Part shown: one piece after another, positions 22,993 to 35,349 of the stretch
Layout: each line of letters opens with the position of its first letter
Numbering within the stretch: the first letter of the stretch is position 1
From: Leucoraja ocellata
Lineage: Eukaryota
Reading direction: 5' to 3'
Length of the DNA: 64,000 nucleotides
NCBI GenBank assembly: GCA_036785375.1
Contig: JAWMAR010000034.1
Span: 1,798,001-1,862,000, forward strand
Notes under the pieces: generated by a model
Databases searched by the model: none
What the model saw: the letters and a program-made list of their open reading frames with translations, nothing else
What the model was told of the DNA's origin: nothing
Position numbers and translations under genes: made by a program

Positions 22993-23180
22993 CATAGAAA
23001 CATAGAAAACAGGTGCAGGAGTAGGCCATTCGGCCCTTCGAACCAGCACCACCATTCAATACGATCATGGCTGATCATCCAAAATCAGTACCCCGTTCCT
23101 GCTCTCTCCCCATATCCCTTGATTCCGTTAGCCCAAAGAGCTCTATCTAACACTCTCTAGAAAATGTCCAGTGAATTGGT
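22993..23180 (-). mobile_element. CR1 3' end
   Basis: CATAGAAACATAGAAAACAGGTGCAGGAGTAGGCCATTCGGCCCTTCG. Confidence 0.9.
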
Positions 23181-24162
23181 CCCCATGACTCTAAACAAAG
23201 AAGAGTTTACAACGGTAGAGAAAAGGATTCACACAGAGGTAAACATTTCGGGTTCCCAACCAAATCTACATCGATTCAGTAGATTGGGTTACTGAATGAT
23301 GGAAAGAAAATGGGATTTGAGCAAATAATGCAATTGGCACTCACACGGAGGGGAAGCAATGAGATTGATTGAATGGGCAACATACACAGAGTCATTTCTT
23401 TGCACCTGAATATGTGTTCCTTCCCTTTCTACCTGATGAACCTTTGAGGGGGGGGGGGGGGGGGGGAGGGGAACCTACTGCAGTTTTTGACAGATATAAA
23501 AGATGCCAAGCTCAATGAGTTGTCTCAGCTGACAGCGTGCTTCACTGAATGCTGTTGTCAGAAACAGAATTCAGAGGCAGACAAAAGAAAGTGGAGGTTT
23601 GTCACAAAGAATAGTGAAGTACAGGGGGATGGATGTGTGCAGGGGGCTAGGACTGGAAGAAACAATCAGCTGGGCAGCCTGATGAGCTGCAGCAGGATTA
23701 ATACATCTCCATCATTAGGAGAGGCAGGTAAAAGCTCCTGACAGAGCCGATTAAGCAAGCGTGAAGAGAGGTTTGAGTACAGACTGCGCTGTGCCGAGGC
23801 TGTCCCGGGGCAGCCCGAAGGCACTGGCTGTAACCTTGCATTTGCATAACTGAAGTGAGTGGCTACATGAAGCGAAGGGGTGCAGACTGCTGAATCCTCC
23901 ACCACTGCCCTAACCTGATGAACCCATCAGAACCACTCAACCGTCAGTGCCTGACGGGGGACGGGAGACGGGAAATGGCGGAGGGAGAACGCTTCTCAAC
24001 CCACAGGCTGATCTAACTCCCCCCTCACTAACCCATCCCCTCAGGCCCTACATCCCTATTCCTTACAATTAACAACTGCCTGCCTGCCTGCCTGCCTGCC
24101 ATGCACAGTTGATTGGCCCTGGAGTCGTGGTTCACTTGGCTCTGCGCAATTTATAGACACAG

Positions 24163-24893
24163 TCATAAGTTCATAAGTTCTAGGAGCAGAATTAGGCCAT
24201 TCGGCCCATCAAGTCTACTCTGCCATTCAATCATGGCTGATCGATCTTTCCCGCTCAACCCCAGTCTCCTGCCTTCGCCCCATAACCGCTGACATTCATA
24301 CTAATCAAGAAGCCGTTAATCTCCATCTTAGACATATCAATTGTCGTGGCTACCACAGACTTTTCTGTGGCAATGAATTCCACAGATTCACCACCCTCTG
24401 ACTAAAGAAATTCCTTTTTATCTCCTTTCTAAAGGTACGTCCTTTTATTCTGAAGCTATGGTCTCTGGTCTTAGACTCCCACTAGTGAAAACATCATCTC
24501 CACATTCACTCTAGCCAGGCCTTCCACTATTCGGTAAGTTTCAGTGAACACACCCCTCATCCTTCTAAACTCCAGTGAGTACTGGCCCAGTGCCGTCAAA
24601 CGTTCATCATATGTTAACCCCATCGTGCCTGGGATCATTCTCGTAAACTTCCTCTGAACCCTCTCCAATGTCATTACATCCATCCTCAGATATGGGGCCC
24701 AAAACTGCTCACAATACTCCAAATGCAGTCTGACCAGTGCCTTATAAAGCCTCAGCATTACATCCTGTTTTTGTATTCTAGCCCTCTAGAAATAAATGCT
24801 AGCATTGCATTTGTCTCCTTAACATCGATTTGACTTGAAACTTAACTTTTTGAGAATCCTGTACCAGCACTCCCAAGTCCCTTTGTACCTCTG
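24163..24893 (-). mobile_element. CR1 LINE 3' fragment
   Basis: MLRLYKALVRLHLEYCEQFWAPYLR...LEFRRMRG; (CATAAGTT)n tail. Confidence 0.92.
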
Positions 24894-25290
24894 AAGTCAT
24901 ACAGCACAGAAATAGACCCTTCGGCCCACCTTGCCCCTGTACAAATGCCTATATTAATACAATTTGCCAGCCCCTGTTCCATAGTCCTCATCCTTTGCCA
25001 ATTTAAGTGCTTTGCAAAATTAAATTTGGGGAATAAAGTAAAAATCCACACCCGTTCCCATCATCAGATTTGCGATGGTCTGGATCCTATCTTTTGTGAT
25101 GTGAGAAAGATCAGTCGTGTCTTAATGATAATCACCGTAGGGATTTTACTGCAAGAACAGCCAGACAAGCGTTGAAGAGCAATTAATTCAAACGTTGTTT
25201 TACACCAGGACTAACTCCTGAAGTTGGGTCTTAAGAGATGGGGGAGCAGTTGAACAAAATTAAAGAGTGTGAAAACCAAGTCTCAAGACT

Positions 25291-25576
25291 GGGTCTGAAG
25301 AAGGGTCCTGACCCGAAACATCACGTGATGTATTCAAGAGAGAGTTAGATAGATGTATTCAAGAGAGAGTTAGATATAGCTCTTAGGGTTAACTGAATCA
25401 AGGGATATGACGAGAAAGCAGGAACAGGGTACTGATTGTGGATGATCAGCCATAATCATATTGAATGGCGGTACTGGCTCCTGCACCTGTTTTCTATGTT
25501 GCTAAGTCACCCATCCTTTCTCTCCAGAGATGCTGCCTGACCTGTTGAGGTGTGCCAGCACTTTGTGTCTATCTTG
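25291..25576 (+). mobile_element. PLE hammerhead monomer split by a CR1 3' end (25325-25505)
   Basis: GGGTCTGAAGAAGGGTCCTGACCCGAAACATCAC, then CR1, then GTCACCCATCC...GTGTCTATCTT. Confidence 0.85.
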
Positions 25577-25614
25577 AACAAAATTAAACAAGTGCCAATT
25601 TGAGTCATGATTTG

Positions 25615-26030
25615 CTTTAAGCCCAGCTCAGCTCAATAACAACCTCTTTGCCCAAGTCAATAATCCTAGGGATGAGGAGGATACTCTACAGGACATCAAT
25701 AAACTATCAGTACAGGCACTGTGGTCCTGCATTGTTGAAGTCACCATCTCTCAGATGCAACGTTAAACCAAAACAGCATTGATCCAGCTAGCTGGATTCC
25801 ACTCTGCTGAATATTGTTACCATGAAAGAGGAAAAGCAAGGATCGATCTCCCCACGTCCTGGCTAACTTTTAACCCCCAAAAAACAAAATAAATAGCTGG
25901 TGATTCACTATATTGGCGTTTGTAGATTGGTCAAATTGGCTGCCCACAAAATGTTAAAAAAATGCACACTTCATAGGTTATTTATCGGTGGAAAAAATAT
26001 CAGAAGGATGCTGGATGCTCTATTTCTTTC
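25615..26030 (+). mobile_element. Deu-domain SINE relic
   Basis: CTGCATTGTTGAAGTCACCATCTCTCAGATGCAACGTTAAACC...GTCCTGGCTAAC...CAAATTGGCTGCC. Confidence 0.65.
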
Positions 26031-26107
26031 AAGTTGCAGGAGACTCAGGTTTGTCTAGTTTACTTGCGACAAGAGAAAAGTGCAATGTTCTGATTCAGAG
26101 TGGGGCA

Positions 26108-26335
26108 GGATCGATGTACACCAGCAATATCCTACACACTAGGGACAATTTATAATCTTTACCAATTAACCGACAAAGCTGTATGTCATTGGAGTGTGGG
26201 AGGAGACCGGAGCATCCGGAGAAAAACCATGCAGTCACAGGGAGAACGTGCAAACTCCATACAGACAGCACCAGTAGTCGGGATCAAACCTGGCGCTGTA
26301 AGGCAGCAAATCTACTGCTGCGCCACTGAGCCATC
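26108..26335 (-). mobile_element. HE1-like V-SINE
   Basis: CCTACACACTAGGGACAATTT...GGCGCTGTAAGGCAGC..CTGCGCCAC. Confidence 0.88.
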
Positions 26336-26867
26336 CGTTTAACAGGTGCTGTGCAGCCAGATTTCTGAGCCTACAGGTTACAACTGAATAAGGAATTCAG
26401 GTCGGAATCCACCAAACATGTGGGCTAATGTGAGACAAATGCGTCCATTCTGGATGAATTTCACGGACTTGCATTGAAGTGATGAAAACTAAATATCACG
26501 TACTACTGTGGATGTACCATGATCAAAGGTGACACCTCATGAACAATAACCACGTTACAGACTGTTCCTAGTCAAACTTTGCCAGTAGCTTACTGTTCCC
26601 CAAAACAGGGAATTTTCCTTTGACTGATTTAGCCACAGTCGACTTTGATGAGACTGCAACGTGCAGTGTTCTTCTTGCGCATGGCATGCACAGCCTAAAG
26701 TTGTTGGACAACTTGTTCTATTTGATCTTATTTGATAGTGCACACCAGGTTGATTGCATTAGTCGAAACCACATAAAGGTTGCAATCTCCCACCCCCAAC
26801 ATGCAGTAAGACAACCCCTTGGAATTTATTTTTAACTGTAGGATTATTAAATTTTTTTTTTTTAATT

Positions 26868-27170
26868 GGCAGCACAGTGGTGCAGCTTGTAGAGCTGCCG
26901 CCTCAGCGTCAGAGATCCGTTTCGATCCTGAAGTCAGGTACTGTTTGTGTGGAGTTTGCATGTTTTTCTCGTGAATGCGTGGATTTCTTTCAGTTTCCTC
27001 CCTCATCTCAAAGATGTGCAGGCTTGTCAGTTAATTAGCCTCAATAAATTCCCCCTAGCGTGTAGGGAGTTGATGAGAAAATGGGACAACATAGAACGGC
27101 TGTGAACGGGTGTTCGAGGGTCGGGGTGGACTCGACGGGCCGAAGGGCCTGCTTCTGGTGCTGTGTCTTT
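26868..27170 (+). mobile_element. HE1-like V-SINE
   Basis: GGCAGCACAGTGGTGCAGC head through GGCCGAAGGGCCTG tail. Confidence 0.88.
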
Positions 27171-27209
27171 ACAAAATATATAGCTGCTGTGTTTCATTTG
27201 CCTGGCTTT

Positions 27210-27520
27210 CATAGAAACATAGAAACATAGAAAATAGGTGCAGGAGTAGGCCATTCGGCCCTTCGAGCCTGCACCGCCATTCAATATGATCATGGCTGAT
27301 CATCCAACTCAGTATCCTGTACCTGCCTTCTCTCCATACCCTCTGATCCCTTTAGCCACAAGGGCCACATCTAACTCCCTCTTAAATATAGCCAATGAAC
27401 TGGCCTCAACTACTTTCTTTGGCAGAGAATTCCAGAGATTCACCACTCTCTGTGTGAAAAATGTTTTCCTCATCTCGGTCCTAAAAGATTTCCCCCTTAT
27501 CCTTAAACTGTGACCCCTTT
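27210..27520 (-). mobile_element. Young HER1-like CR1 3' end
   Basis: Near-identical reverse complement of 9778-10084. Confidence 0.95.
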
Positions 27521-27987
27521 CCTTGGCTTTGTCCAGCAAACATCGCTTACTGTAAGCACATTGTACAGTAAGGTACAGAGGCGGAACCTCCTTCAGATAG
27601 GCGAGGTTCTCCCGATGCGTGATCCAGCACCGGAATAATGCGATTTGTTCCCAGTCACCCTGTGGGAATGGGCTGACTGCTGGAAATTACCCCATAGGTA
27701 ATTCTAGTGATAGGTTAACTGTGACCAAAGCTGACAGCCCAGCGCAGCGCAGTGGTGGACCGAGTCTCTTGACCTTTTCAAAATGGGCCGCGTTGGGAAA
27801 GTATAAATAAGCTGATCAACTGCAGCAACTCTTCATGTGTGGAGTTCCCAAACGCTTTAACAGCCAGTGTTGATGATGTCAGCAGCAATTAGGTATAGAG
27901 TTTGACATCACTGTCGTAAAAGGGTCAATTCTGTAAAAGAAAAACCTTGTGCAGTTGACAACCCTCAAACACCTGCACAGCAAAAAC

Positions 27988-28325
27988 TACTTGCATTTGC
28001 AGGGCACCTTTAATAGAACAACATGTCCTGAGGCACCTCACAAGATTACCACCAAACACAATTTAAATCCAATTCAGATAAGACTATCGGGCAGGCGGGC
28101 AGCACAAAGTGGTTGGTTTAAGGAACATCATCAAGGAAGGAAAAGGCTGAAACTCCAATTTCTAAATCTTTTGAAAGGGGAAATTCCGGACCTTAAAAAC
28201 CCGGTAGCTTGGCCTACATTGGTGAGGTGATATACAAGATATTCAGGGATATACAAGTAACCAGGATTTGAGAAGTGCTGCTACATTACAGCAACAGGGT
28301 TTCCAGAAATGTGGAGGATGAAGGA
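27988..28325 (-). mobile_element. L2-type LINE 3' end, old
   Basis: ACTTGCATTTGCAGGGCACCTTTAA...ATGTCCTGAGGCACCTCACA is the reverse of the same tail type carried by the Deu-SINE relics. Confidence 0.55.
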
Positions 28326-28550
28326 GAGTGACTTCTTTACTACATCAGCCTTACTATACCTTACAAAATGGATCCACTCCTGCCTCAATGTCATTAGTTC
28401 TTGTGTACATGCAAACAGAATGCTTGAATGAAGTATTATCATTGGGTGAAAGTTAAACTTACTTTTAGTTTGTTAGTAGCTGTGGTGAACTGCATACAAG
28501 GTATATGTATATATATATAAGTGTGCGTGTATATATGTGTGTGCGTGATA

Positions 28551-28861
28551 NNNNNNNNNNNNNNNNNNNNNNNNNNNNNNNNNNNNNNNNNNNNNNNNNN
28601 NNNNNNNNNNNNNNNNNNNNNNNNNNNNNNNNNNNNNNNNNNNNNNNNNNNNNNNNNNNNNNNNNNNNNNNNNNNNNNNNNNNNNNNNNNNNNNNNNNNN
28701 NNNNNNNNNNNNNNNNNNNNNNNNNNNNNNNNNNNNNNNNNNNNNNNNNNNNNNNNNNNNNNNNNNNNNNNNNNNNNNNNNNNNNNNNNNNNNNNNNNNN
28801 NNNNNNNNNNNNNNNNNNNNNNNNNNNNNNNNNNNNNNNNNNNNNNNNNNNNNNNNNNNNN
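28551..28861. other. Assembly gap (311 N) following a TA/TG microsatellite
   Basis: N run. Confidence 1.
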
Positions 28862-28959
28862 CTCTAGTTAAGGATGGGTTATGCTGAGTAAACTAGCAAG
28901 GGCAGCTATAGGATCTTTAGCCGTCATGAAGCATTGCTGGACGTCCTGCAGTGGCACGG

Positions 28960-29235
28960 AGTGGCGTAGCAGTGGTGGAGGACACCAACAACATGGCCAA
29001 CCCTGCAACGCCGCCACGGCAACGGGATCTTCTGACGAGCTGCACTTAAAGTTAACTTGGACTTTGAAAATGGCGCCAACACCTGGTGACTCTTGTACAT
29101 TGTCGCAGTGGACCATTTCTATGCATTTTGTACTTAACCTGGGATAATGTTTATGTATAGTGATACTTTACTGAACTGTACGGCAACAAAGTTATTTCAC
29201 TGTACCTCTGTACTTGTGATAATATTGCACCATTG
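28960..29235 (+). mobile_element. Non-autonomous element with Rex-type tail
   Basis: AAAATGGCGCC..CTGGTGACTCTTGTACA...TTTCACTGTACCTC..TGTGATAAT; homologous to 31180-31461, 35350-35712 and 13560-13690. Confidence 0.6.
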
Positions 29236-29717
29236 ATATCCCGCAAGGTGTGATAATCCCATCATAAAAAATTCACAACACACATCTATGATAAACAGTG
29301 GAAGTGCAGAGCAGCGAGTAGTTGAATGAGAATCCACTGCACCTGACTCAAGTCTACCATCCATCAAGCAATAGCTGAAGACAGGTTAAGATGCAGATGG
29401 AGAATGGGATTTGCTCTCACTGAGAACAGAGGATGACACGTCCCTGAACATATCCCTAGTTGAGTGCGACAGATTTTTCATCTTCAGGAGAGTCATTATG
29501 AAGTTGAGGTGAAATCCAACTTCACAACAGATCCAGTAAGATATTGTGTTCGAGCAGGCCCCAGGGGTCATGTACCCTCATTCTGTCCTTTGTTATCACG
29601 TCCTTATGTTCAAAGCCATAACTTAACATCAGAATCTGGGCATATTAAACACTGGGGATCTAATTGCCACGGGTGGCACAGCTGTCTTCAGCTCCACTGG
29701 GCTGGGAGAGCAGAAAT

Positions 29718-29875
29718 AGTGAGTAAAAGACTACTGGATTACCATGTGGATACGCAGGGAATGGAAGCATGTGGGTTATGTGCAGGGAGCTAGGTGATGG
29801 TCTTGGCATTATGTTCAGAACGGACAATGTGGGCCACGAGGTCCGTTCTTGTGCTGTACTGTTCTATGCTCTATG
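29718..29875 (+). mobile_element. CR1 3' UTR fragment
   Basis: ATGTGGATACGCAGGGAATGGA...GTGCTGTACTGTTCTATG. Confidence 0.75.
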
Positions 29876-30935
29876 TGAGTTGCTGGCAGATGAGGAGGAC
29901 ATCAACCAGGGTTTGTGCTCATTGACATTATTAATGGGAGACTGCTGAAAATTGTGCAACTACACAAGTATAATGTCAGCGTAGCAACACCCATAGCCAG
30001 AATTCCCTCCCATTCGCTTCCTGACTTCCTGGGTGAACATCTAACCGATCCTTGAAACCTTTACTTCCACTGAGGGCAGGTTTTGAGAAGCAGTCAGAAC
30101 AGAACAGGAAGAGTGCCAAGAAGAAAAACAGACACAAGGAAAGATATTTGCATGAATCTTATTTAATTACCAGCACAAAATAACCACTCCAGTTTCACTA
30201 CTAGCCTTTAACAATACCTTGAAAGGAATATTACATTTAAAAATAAACTATTGACAAATTGCAACCTGGCCACAAAACACGCAATCAATACCTTTATGGA
30301 CACGGTTTCAGAAATATTTGTCACTATTTAAAAAAAGCAATGACATTGGGATTGCATCTCTTATGATTTTCTTTCTGAATATCTATTTTTTCTTCTCCAC
30401 ATGCATATTTTCTGTTCATATAAATCGTCCCCTTTATCTTCCACTCATGTTTTCGGGACACATGTGCTCATTGCAAACCTCACAAGTTGTACCTCACAGA
30501 ATACTTGAACAATCATTAGTAAAAAATACTTTTTTCTTCCCCCCCTCAAACTAGGGTATTTTGCATTTCTCTTGAGATTGTGAAAATCCTGGATGTAATG
30601 TGTGGGATCTACAGAAGACATGCATTATTCACAAGCTCGCAAATAACTCCATTTCCACAGAATGAATATATTCAGACCGTGATTCACACGCAGGAGTTTC
30701 ATTAGATGGCTGCCTGCCTCATTCAAATGCCCAATATTGGTAATTTGAAATGAAATTGCATACCCGGACAGGAGTCGACGGTGCTATCTGCCCTTCCCCT
30801 GACAACGCTGTTCACTTATCTAGCAGACTCCCACACAGCAGCCAGAGCCTATTTGAAATCCAGACACATAAATGCTGACCTACAAAACGTACAAAAGCAG
30901 CGTCTTTAAAATGGCTGCACAAGATCCTTCATCCT

Positions 30936-31150
30936 GGGTAGCACCTTGGCACAGTGGTAGAGTTGCTGCCTCGCAGCGCATGAGACCCAGGTTCAATCCT
31001 GACCGCGGGTGCTGTACGGAGTTTGTACATTCTCCCTGTGACCAAGTGGGTTTCCTCCGAGTGCTCTGGTTTCCTCCCACACTCCAAAGACGTACAGGTT
31101 AGTCGGTTATTTGGCTTTGGTAAAATTGGAAATAGTCCCTAGTGTGTTGG
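30936..31150 (+). mobile_element. HE1-like V-SINE, 3'-truncated
   Basis: Head, B-box and V-domain present. Confidence 0.88.
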
Positions 31151-31179
31151 ATATGTAGCACAGTCTGCACCCTCAATGT

Positions 31180-31461
31180 CGGCCACAGGAGGTGCCCCGG
31201 TTCATGAAGGTTGAAGATGGCAAGGCGAGCGTCAACAGTTTGGGGGGGGGGGGGGCAACTGGATGGAGGTGACAGCTGCAACAGCTGCGATTGAGACTGC
31301 TAAATGGTGCCAAAATCTGGTAACTCTTGCACAAGAGACTCAGTGGGCTGTTTCTGTGCAGTGTGTACTCAACCAGAGCTTGTACTTATGCATGGCAATA
31401 GTCCCACTGAACTGTTTGCACAAAATGTGTTTCACTCTACCTTGGTAATAAATGAACCATT
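31180..31461 (+). mobile_element. Non-autonomous element with Rex-type tail
   Basis: GGAGGTGACAGCTGCAAC...AAATGGTGCC...GACTCAGTGGGCTGTTTCTGTGCA...TTTCACTCTACC. Confidence 0.6.
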
Positions 31462-31489
31462 AACTACATCACCCTTTCCGTTTATGTTG

Positions 31490-32505
31490 CCAATTTCAAG
31501 GAGCTATGGACTTGCAGCCTTTGTTCCCTCTGTGTCTCTCCTCCAAAGGGTCCTGCTATTTACTGTTTACTTTCCCCTTGCATTTGACCTCCCAAAATGC
31601 AACGTCACACACTTGTCCAGGTTAAACTCCTTTTGCCAAATTTGCAACTGATCTATATCCTGCTGTATTATTTGCAATAAAAAAAACATACAGTGCTGGA
31701 AAAATTCAACGGAGGCAGCATCTGTGGAGGGAATGAATAGACGACGTTTCGGGTCAGGCCACCTTCTTCAGACTCAAGACTCAAGTCTGAAGAAAGGTCC
31801 CGACCTGAAAAGTCACCTATTCATTCCCTCTAGAAATGCTGCTTGACCTGCTGAGTTCCTCCAGCACTTTGTGTTTTGCTCAAGATTCCAGTATATGCAA
31901 TTCCATGTATCTCATTTGCCAACTCTCAACGCCATCAATATTTGTGTTGTTTGCAAACCTACTGATCAGACGACCTACATTTTCATCCAAATAAATGTAG
32001 CCTGGTCCAGAAGATTGTGAGATGGGATTCATATGTACAAGGTCCCAGTACTGATTTTTCAACAGACTACTGGTCACAGACTTCCAGTCAGAAAAAGATT
32101 CTACTAACATAATTGTATGCCTTCTACGGCCTAGCAAATTGTGCCTCCAATTTACCAGTGCACTGTGGATCCCATCTCATAATCTTCTGGATCAGACTAC
32201 CACAAGTGACTTTGTCAAATGCTTCACTAAAGTTCATGTAAAGTCTACTGTCCTACCATCACCATCAATCATCTTGACCACTTCCATCAAAGTTGTGAGA
32301 CATGACCTTCCCTGCTTAAAATTATGCTGACTATCCCTGAGAAGTCCACAATTTTCCAAATCCCAGTAAATCCCTTCACAAACATGTGTTTCCAATAATT
32401 TCCCTACCCTGATGTAAGGCTCATTGGCCTATGATTGCTAGGTTTGTCCCTGTTGCCCTTCTTAAACAATGAACAACATTTGCTATTCTCCAGTCTTCTC
32501 GAATG
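31490..32505 (-). mobile_element. Old CR1 RT-region fragment interrupted by a PLE inverted pair
   Basis: Minus peptides SFSDWKSVTS and DENVGRLISRFANNT (FADD remnant); CTTTGTCAAATGCTT encodes KAFDK on the minus strand. Confidence 0.75.
31688..31905. mobile_element. Inverted pair of PLE hammerhead repeats
   Basis: Minus motif 31743-31774 and plus motif 31784-31817, back to back. Confidence 0.85.
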
Positions 32506-32647
32506 CTCGTCATGTCCTCAGCAAGGAAGTTGGAATCACAACTCATTTGATTTTCTTTCCCAAGAATAGCATATAGAGGTATGAATATATTTTCAATTTC
32601 TCCGAATACATATTCTCACAAAGCAAGTGTGCAAGTTTATGGCACAT

Positions 32648-32752
32648 AGAACTGCAGATGCTGGTTTACAAAAAAAAGGCACAAAATGTTGGAGTAACTC
32701 AACAGGTCAGGCAACTTCCCTGGAGTTTCTGGTTGGGACCCATCTTCAGATG
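32648..32752 (-). mobile_element. Degenerate PLE terminal repeat
   Basis: GAACTGCAGATGCTGGTTTAC...GGAGTAACTCA...CCCATCTTCAGA. Confidence 0.7.
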
Positions 32753-32929
32753 GGTTGCAGTCTGCCAGGACCCACTCATGTTCAGACATGACTTAGGTGA
32801 ATGTTGACAGGGTAGAAGGAGGGGCATTAGTTTAGTTTAGTTTAGTTTAGGTTAGTTTCTGAAGGCATATCCCCCGGGGACCAAAGGCTGAAGAGGGCCA
32901 GAGGTGTAGAGGGACATCAGATAGCGTGA

Positions 32930-33140
32930 CGGTTGTGGGTAGATGGAAGTAGCTGCCAGAGAAGGTATTTGAAGCAGGTACTATAACAAAATAAAAAGAC
33001 ATTTGGACAGGTACATGGATAGGAATGGTTGAGTGGGATATTGGCCAAACACAGGCAGGTGAGACTAGTGTAGATGGGGCATCTTTGTCAGCATGGCCAA
33101 GTTGGGCCAAAGGGCCTATTTCCATGCTGTATGACTCTAG
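32930..33140 (+). mobile_element. CR1 3' end
   Basis: AAAAGACATTTGGACAGGTACATGGATAGG...TGCTGTATGACTCTA. Confidence 0.85.
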
Positions 33141-35349
33141 AAGGATGGTTGGACCAGTAGATATGAAATAATGTTTAATTGGGTCATCTACAAAAGTTTT
33201 TAAGTTTAAAAGAGTGGCAGAAGTTATCTAGGGCAGTGAAGAGGTTACTGTCATAGTATCCCTCCCTATGCTGCTGGCAAGTAGTCAGTATTTCATGCCT
33301 ACAGCAAGAACGCTCTATTAAATAAATGCCTACAGTGTGACGACAACATTTTTCTTACTGTTGCATTTCTACAGAGACAATAGAACAATACACATTATTG
33401 TCAGAACATAGAGAGCAGGAGTTACACAATAATTCCAATCTAATACTGAGGACTGTCAGAGATTCAGGTGATTGATTGTTAAAGTAGATCTGCTTCAGCA
33501 GTGTCATCAGGAAGGAAGTCTACTCTCAAATAATCAGACCTGCCAGGATTATATAGAATCACACCTCATTTCCATTTAATATCCCATTGTCACAAACATT
33601 GGGACAGAGTCACAGGAGGAGCAATCCAGTCAGAAATAGGTTTAAAGAAGGGATGGTGAGCAGAATTTCTCCAATTCTTTAAGATAATGGTAAAGAGGTA
33701 GGTGTGTTGTCCACGCATTCAAATATTTAAACATTCAGTTTAGTATTAGTACAAAACCGATGGCTGCCGAGTAAAGTCTCGTTCTGTCGTCTGCTGCACC
33801 CCATCACCTGACCACCCAGATCGGCGTTGATTATTCGGCCCAGATCACGCCAGCTGACCCGAGAGTTCGAGCTCGACAAACAACGGTTCGAGACCAAAGT
33901 GGCTTGGCCACAAGAGATAACTTCTTAAAAATAAAACGGGAGAGGGGGCAGGTCTTTCCACCCAGAGGGAGGTGGGAATAAAAGACATTTGGAGAAGTAC
34001 ATGGCAAATGGGACGAGCTCAGTCAGGCAGCTTGTATAGTGTGGGTGTGTTTGACATTGTATTTATGACCAGCTTTATGGCCTAGTGACTCTTCTGCTGG
34101 GGTATGTCGAGCTTTGAATGAATATTGATTAACCATGATCTTACTGAATGATAGAACAGGTCATAAAACAGAATGACCTTCTCCCACCCCAATCTCATTT
34201 TTTCCCCTGAAATGTATATGCACATAGGACAGACATTACTGGCAATGCCAGGATATAAGATCCATCCTGAATTGCCCTGAGCTGAGGAGCCAAATCTGAG
34301 GCAGGAATATTGACAGGCGGCAAGTCGAGCAGAGGCCAGACATCTCAGTCATTCCAGGTGAGCCTTTGCACCAAACCGAGGATTTCATGGTCACCTATCA
34401 AGATCACGTGGCTAACCTGGACTTGGAGCCCCGAGAGCCCACAGAATCCCAACTTCCCCAACATATGGAGCGCACCACCTCCCAAACCAACGCAAGGCAC
34501 CTCCTGCCTCATCCATGGAAGAGACTGCAGATGCTTGAATCCGAAACCAAAAACTGAAGAACTTTTCTGACCCAAAATGTGGCCTATTCATTTGCCTCCA
34601 CAAATGCTGCCCGACCTGTTGAGTTCCTCCAGCATGTTGATTTCTTTTCGCTCTTCTGTGGAAGAGTCCGCAGCAGCCGCAGTGCTCTCATCAGCCATCT
34701 CAGAACCCATTAACCCTGAGTGGAAGTGAGTCCTCCTCAATCCTGAGGGATGTCTGGGAAGATGGATACTGATTTAATTAATTACTTGTATTGTGACAAT
34801 GGGATTCAGAAAGCCGTCCGGATCAAAGGTCTCATATTCTGCCTGCATAGCTTAACCACTGAACTACAATAACCATTGAAGCTCTTATTTTAACCCTGAC
34901 CTCCCAGTTTTACATAGGGTGGTTGATGTGTAGGGCAGTGAATACTTGTTTGCTAACACAGCAAGGAGGTGTGATTCAATGCAGTTTATATCCTTAGCTA
35001 CTCTAACTCCTGGACTTGTGGAAGTGTTGAGAGGACACTTGTACTAATGAGATCATTAAGCATTGGTTGCAGGCCTTATTAAAACAATTGCCGGCAATTA
35101 CAGCACTTCCAGTGGGCAAATGACAGTAACCAAAGCAGATCATTACAGACTAGGAGTCGTGCAGCCCAAATATCGCAGGGTAAAAGTCGTGTATTTCTTC
35201 TAATTCATTCACGAGTTGTGGGTAACTATGGCAAGGCCAGACAGAGATCAGCCACAGATATTCCAGACGAGGTCAGGTGGGCAGATTTCCCTTGCTGAGG
35301 AACATGGATTTTTGGGACAATTTCTGTGAAATTGGAGCAACATTTGGGA

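Noticed and set aside
34335-34520. Protein-like frame HQTEDFMVTYQDHVANLDLEP
   Set aside because: No convincing splice pair or known domain; runs into a PLE repeat
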